A stretch of 63,100 bases of DNA, the filler included, from Pseudomonadota bacterium (GTDB taxonomy: Bacteria > Desulfobacterota > Desulfobacteria > Desulfobacterales > JBDRRP01), in assembly GCA_043825735.1 (NCBI GenBank). It is 5 parts of 5 records of this genome, joined end to end, with 100 filler letters (N's around TTAATTAATTAA, not from the genome) between each part and the next. Parts side by side here need not be neighbours in the genome. Positions count along the whole stretch, not along the records: positions 59,550 to 63,100 come from JBDRRP010000042.1; 4 more parts are not named here. One strand, 5' to 3'. The notes beneath the pieces are model-generated. The model was not told the DNA's origin, searched no databases, and saw only the letters and a list, made by a program, of their open reading frames with translations. A program made the position numbers and the translations under genes. Below, one piece after another: positions 60,379 through 63,100 of this stretch. Within the stretch, counting starts at the first letter, position 1. The number at the start of each line of letters is the position of its first letter.

Positions 60379-62423
60379 ATCCGCGCCCCTTCCAAGTCCA
60401 AAGGGTCAAATGCAGGGTCAAACACCATCAATTCAGTCATGCCCCACACGAACGCATCCAACCTGTTGGGCGACGAATCGCCAGGGGTCCATAAACAGTT
60501 GTGTACCAATATCTCGTTTGCGAAATATTCGTGTGGATCTTGGGTGTGTAAGTTAAAAACGGGAGTGGAAGGACAATCAATAATGTCGATACTTTGTATA
60601 GTATCTTCTTCGGCAAATTCTTTCACAAAACATGGCCCTTGCTCCGGTACTCTCAAACTCAGTTCCGCATCCGGTGCAAATGACTTTGTGAGGTTTTTTT
60701 GTTTTCCAGTGGTTCGTCCTAAAATCTGAAAGGCGCTTTCGCTCTTCTTCAGTCCACCTATGCCTAGGGTGATGTGAGACATGTCTCTTCCGTGTCGCCG
60801 CCTCAAGATTCGAGATATTATAATTGAGCTTATTGCCATCCTTATGATGAACATCAGCGCTACTTGAAATCTTTCCGTTGTGGTGCTCCCAAACAGATCT
60901 ATGTAGCAATTTTCCTTCTCTATTTTTGTAATACCCATCCTTTGTGACAAACCATCTCTGTCCATACTCAACAATGGGTTTTCCATATTTGTAGACCCCA
61001 ATGGGCTTGTACGCCATAATCTATTCACCTCCAATATATTGCCTTTCTCAAGGCTTCTGGCCTCAACAAAGCCACTGATTTTATTATATACTGGATGATG
61101 AATGGTTGTCAATAGGTTCCGGCCATTTCTAGTGCTTATTTTTACTAATTTATCAACAAATCCCGTACATCCCGCATTGACAACCCTCACAAATCCTTTG
61201 CGAGTTAAAACAAAGTCATCTGTAGTAACAAATTGGATTGGCTTCTTACCATATTGTGTAGTAACCCAAGTATCAGCCACAACACACAATTCATCCTCTA
61301 ATTTCGGGAAGTTACCCACATGATGGATAAGCCCCTTCTCCGCCTTGGCTGATATCGGCTCGGCCCGGACATACTTCCCCCGGGATGCGTGAACCAGCTT
61401 AACCGGAACGTCCGAGTCCACCTGATGAATCGTAATTTCGACCATTTCCCCGCCCTGATTCTTTTCGGCCACGATACAGTCGGCACTGAAATTGTGATAC
61501 GCAGACACCGCAGATTTGGCCCAGACCAACGGCGAGCCTTCCGTGGTCCTGTCGGCAACCAGAAAAGCATGATCGCCCGCTGAACCACAGACCATTACCC
61601 CGGCCTCATCGCCGGCGGCGGTTGTAGCAGGGTCTACAGCAACCACGACACGATGGAAGTCCGGTGCAGACAGAACCCGGTTATCGTCTATTATTTTGCG
61701 AGTCCACAGCGCCCCTGGTGCTTCGTTAACGTCCTCGGCCTGTATTTCCATACGGTATGCCAAAGATGTCATGTCGGATGCAATCTCGTCCAACGCGGCC
61801 CGGCTCAGGTGTGGATTGTCCATGCTCGTGAAATGAAACGTCGCCCATCGGTCGGACCCAGATCCCATTAACTCAGTCGCCCGCTTGAACATCTTGGCCG
61901 CGTGCTGTGGGTCATCGGCCTTTGACACGGACCGCGACTTTAGGCTCGGCGGCGTGTAGATGAAAACAGCATCACCGTCATTGTCCAGGAGCATGGGCGC
62001 CCCGACCGTGTTCCATGTTTCCTCGTTCATCAGTTGAAACTCATCAAGAATAAGCACATCGGCATAATCACCGCGCAGGCTGTTTGCGTTCCATGCGGTT
62101 TTGGCCTTCAATCTCTGCTCTGTGCCTTGTAGTTCTATGAAGTGCTCGCTTTCATTCTTCCGGAACATCCCCAGGCTGATCGGCCCGGATAGCGCCCGGA
62201 TCACCGTTGTCCAAAATCGCCCAACCTGCTCAAGGGTAGGCGCTGCGTACAGGACCCGATGGCCATGAAGAAACTGTTCGGTGCCGTAGATTGACATTCC
62301 GACCGTTTTCCCGCCCCGACGGCCCGCCCGGATGACTTTGCGCTTGGCCGGGTGCCGGATGAACTCCCTTTGCTTAGGGTGCGGTCTTGGCAATGTAACT
62401 CGAATTTCCTCATTATCGGTCAT
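60375..62423 (-). CDS. terL: Terminase large subunit containing an intein
   Basis: PHPKQ, RAGRRGGKT, LRG..ILDE, VAVDPA, EKNQGG, RAEP, SPNRLDAFVW; 682-aa precursor, 419 aa after splicing. Confidence 0.93.
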   Translation of the reverse strand: MTDNEEIRVTLPRPHPKQREFIRHPAKRKVIRAGRRGGKTVGMSIYGTEQFLHGHRVLYAAPTLEQVGRFWTTVIRALSGPISLGMFRKNESEHFIELQGTEQRLKAKTAWNANSLRGDYADVLILDEFQLMNEETWNTVGAPMLLDNDGDAVFIYTPPSLKSRSVSKADDPQHAAKMFKRATELMGSGSDRWATFHFTSMDNPHLSRAALDEIASDMTSLAYRMEIQAEDVNEAPGALWTRKIIDDNRVLSAPDFHRVVVAVDPATTAAGDEAGVMVCGSAGDHAFLVADRTTEGSPLVWAKSAVSAYHNFSADCIVAEKNQGGEMVEITIHQVDSDVPVKLVHASRGKYVRAEPISAKAEKGLIHHVGNFPKLEDELCVVADTWVTTQYGKKPIQFVTTDDFVLTRKGFVRVVNAGCTGFVDKLVKISTRNGRNLLTTIHHPVYNKISGFVEARSLEKGNILEVNRLWRTSPLGSTNMENPLLSMDRDGLSQRMGITKIEKENCYIDLFGSTTTERFQVALMFIIRMAISSIIISRILRRRHGRDMSHITLGIGGLKKSESAFQILGRTTGKQKNLTKSFAPDAELSLRVPEQGPCFVKEFAEEDTIQSIDIIDCPSTPVFNLHTQDPHEYFANEILVHNCLWTPGDSSPNRLDAFVWGMTELMVFDPAFDPLDLEGARM
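60577..61017 (-). CDS. HNH homing endonuclease with C-terminal zinc finger, nested out of frame within the intein
   Basis: DGYY, LHRSVWEHHNG.I, VHHKDGNKLNYNISNLE, H...H, CTGC...FCERIC; own GGAGGTGA RBS. Confidence 0.88.
   Translation of the reverse strand: MAYKPIGVYKYGKPIVEYGQRWFVTKDGYYKNREGKLLHRSVWEHHNGKISSSADVHHKDGNKLNYNISNLEAATRKRHVSHHPRHRWTEEERKRLSDFRTNHWKTKKPHKVICTGCGTEFESTGARAMFCERICRRRYYTKYRHY
61025..61032 (-). promoter_or_regulatory. Internal Shine-Dalgarno site for the nested HNH gene
   Basis: GGAGGTGA, then 7 nt (ATAGATT), then ATG 61017. Confidence 0.8.
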
Positions 62424-62494
62424 ACCTTCCTATTCACCCGCAACAGATCGTTCAACCTGAGCGATCTCAGGAAGCCGGTTTTCATGCAAAAGTC

Positions 62495-62944
62495 TCATTT
62501 GTCATCCTCGTAGCAGATCACGATTTTTTTGGGAACGGTCAGGTCGATATCCTTCTTATCCCGTAGCCCCAAATCTCTCGCTATTATCAGTGGGTTAAGC
62601 ATTTCGGCAGAAGCTCCTTCAAATTTTTGCCGACGAATTGCCTCCTCTGCTCGCATGCAGATTGGTATATAATCTTCTCTAACTCGGTATAACTGCCAGG
62701 CTTCTTGTGAGATGCCGATGAACATGCACATCCCGCCGATTGTCATGACGCGCATTTTAGGGACGTACTTAATTTTAGCCTCGCCTTGGAATTTTACGAG
62801 TTCGGCAGCGCGGAGAGGATTGTTTTCATTCCAGTCAAAATACTGTTGGCAGGCATCCCAGAGTAACTCGGGTGATTCAAAAATTGGTTTCCGTCCGTGG
62901 GATGATCTCGCCTCCCAGAATCTATTCCCTTTTGGAGCAGCCAT
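62495..62944 (-). CDS. terS: Terminase small subunit, P22 gp3-like
   Basis: MAAPKGNRFWEARSSHGRKPIF..PE.LW.AC..YF.W, K.R.MT..G, QKFEGA..LNP.IIARDLGL. Confidence 0.92.
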   Translation of the reverse strand: MAAPKGNRFWEARSSHGRKPIFESPELLWDACQQYFDWNENNPLRAAELVKFQGEAKIKYVPKMRVMTIGGMCMFIGISQEAWQLYRVREDYIPICMRAEEAIRRQKFEGASAEMLNPLIIARDLGLRDKKDIDLTVPKKIVICYEDDK

Positions 62945-63100
62945 CAGAACACCGCCTTTAGGATGATGATGCCGAAAATGGTTTTGAGTATCTGCATAAT
63001 GTTTATCTCCCTGCCTTTGATGCTGGGAATGTATTCTCAGCTATTTGTTCGATGCTGATGCGGTATGCTTCCATATCATCGATGATGGTTTGTTTTGATC

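Larger units (their letters stand above)
60498..61286 (-). mobile_element. Intein (263 aa) in the TerL nuclease domain
   Basis: Block A CVVADTWVTTQYG.KPI, block B LLTTIHHPVY, block F PVFNL, block G HEYFANEILVHN followed by Cys+1. Removal restores LEDEL-CLWTPGDSSPNRLDA. Visibly more AT-rich than the flanks. Confidence 0.92.
59550..63100 (-). mobile_element. Prophage or phage DNA-packaging region
   Basis: Co-oriented terminase small and large subunits plus short hypothetical genes. Confidence 0.9.

Overview
The window is five assembled contigs joined by artificial 100-nt spacers (N44-TTAATTAATTAA-N44 at 22609, 36914, 51059 and 59450), so adjacency across spacers is not evidence of linkage. Gene content suggests an anaerobic Desulfobacterota-like draft genome (inference). 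Contig 1 (1-22608) is a defence island: an SF1 helicase truncated by an IS21-like end, an SBD-HNH nuclease, and inverted IS1634 copies around dcm, vsr, an AspBHI-like nuclease and a Druantia type II-like operon with an extra PD-(D/E)XK nuclease. Contig 2 (22709-36913) looks like an ICE or genomic island. It holds the start of BREX type 3 (HTH, brxF, brxC), a radC/annealase/exonuclease/UvrD backbone, and a translationally coupled five-gene operon (SIS-HAD, PRTase-like, P-loop ATPase, unknown, PfkB kinase) led by a decayed copy of the same HTH gene. Contig 3 is mostly housekeeping (MCP, ATPase, eukaryote-type chorismate mutase, yhaON, enolase family, ERCC4, desulfidase-like) and ends in a REP-associated transposase. 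Contig 4 has a RAYT-like transposase bounded by inverted repeats, then anSME, a sulfatase and a MalT-like regulator. Contig 5 is a prophage packaging region. The two strongest candidates for new biology are (1) a terminase intein whose linker carries a complete HNH endonuclease gene in a different reading frame with its own Shine-Dalgarno site, and (2) the five-gene sugar/nucleotide-enzyme candidate defence operon. All family assignments come from motif recognition by eye; no database searches were run.
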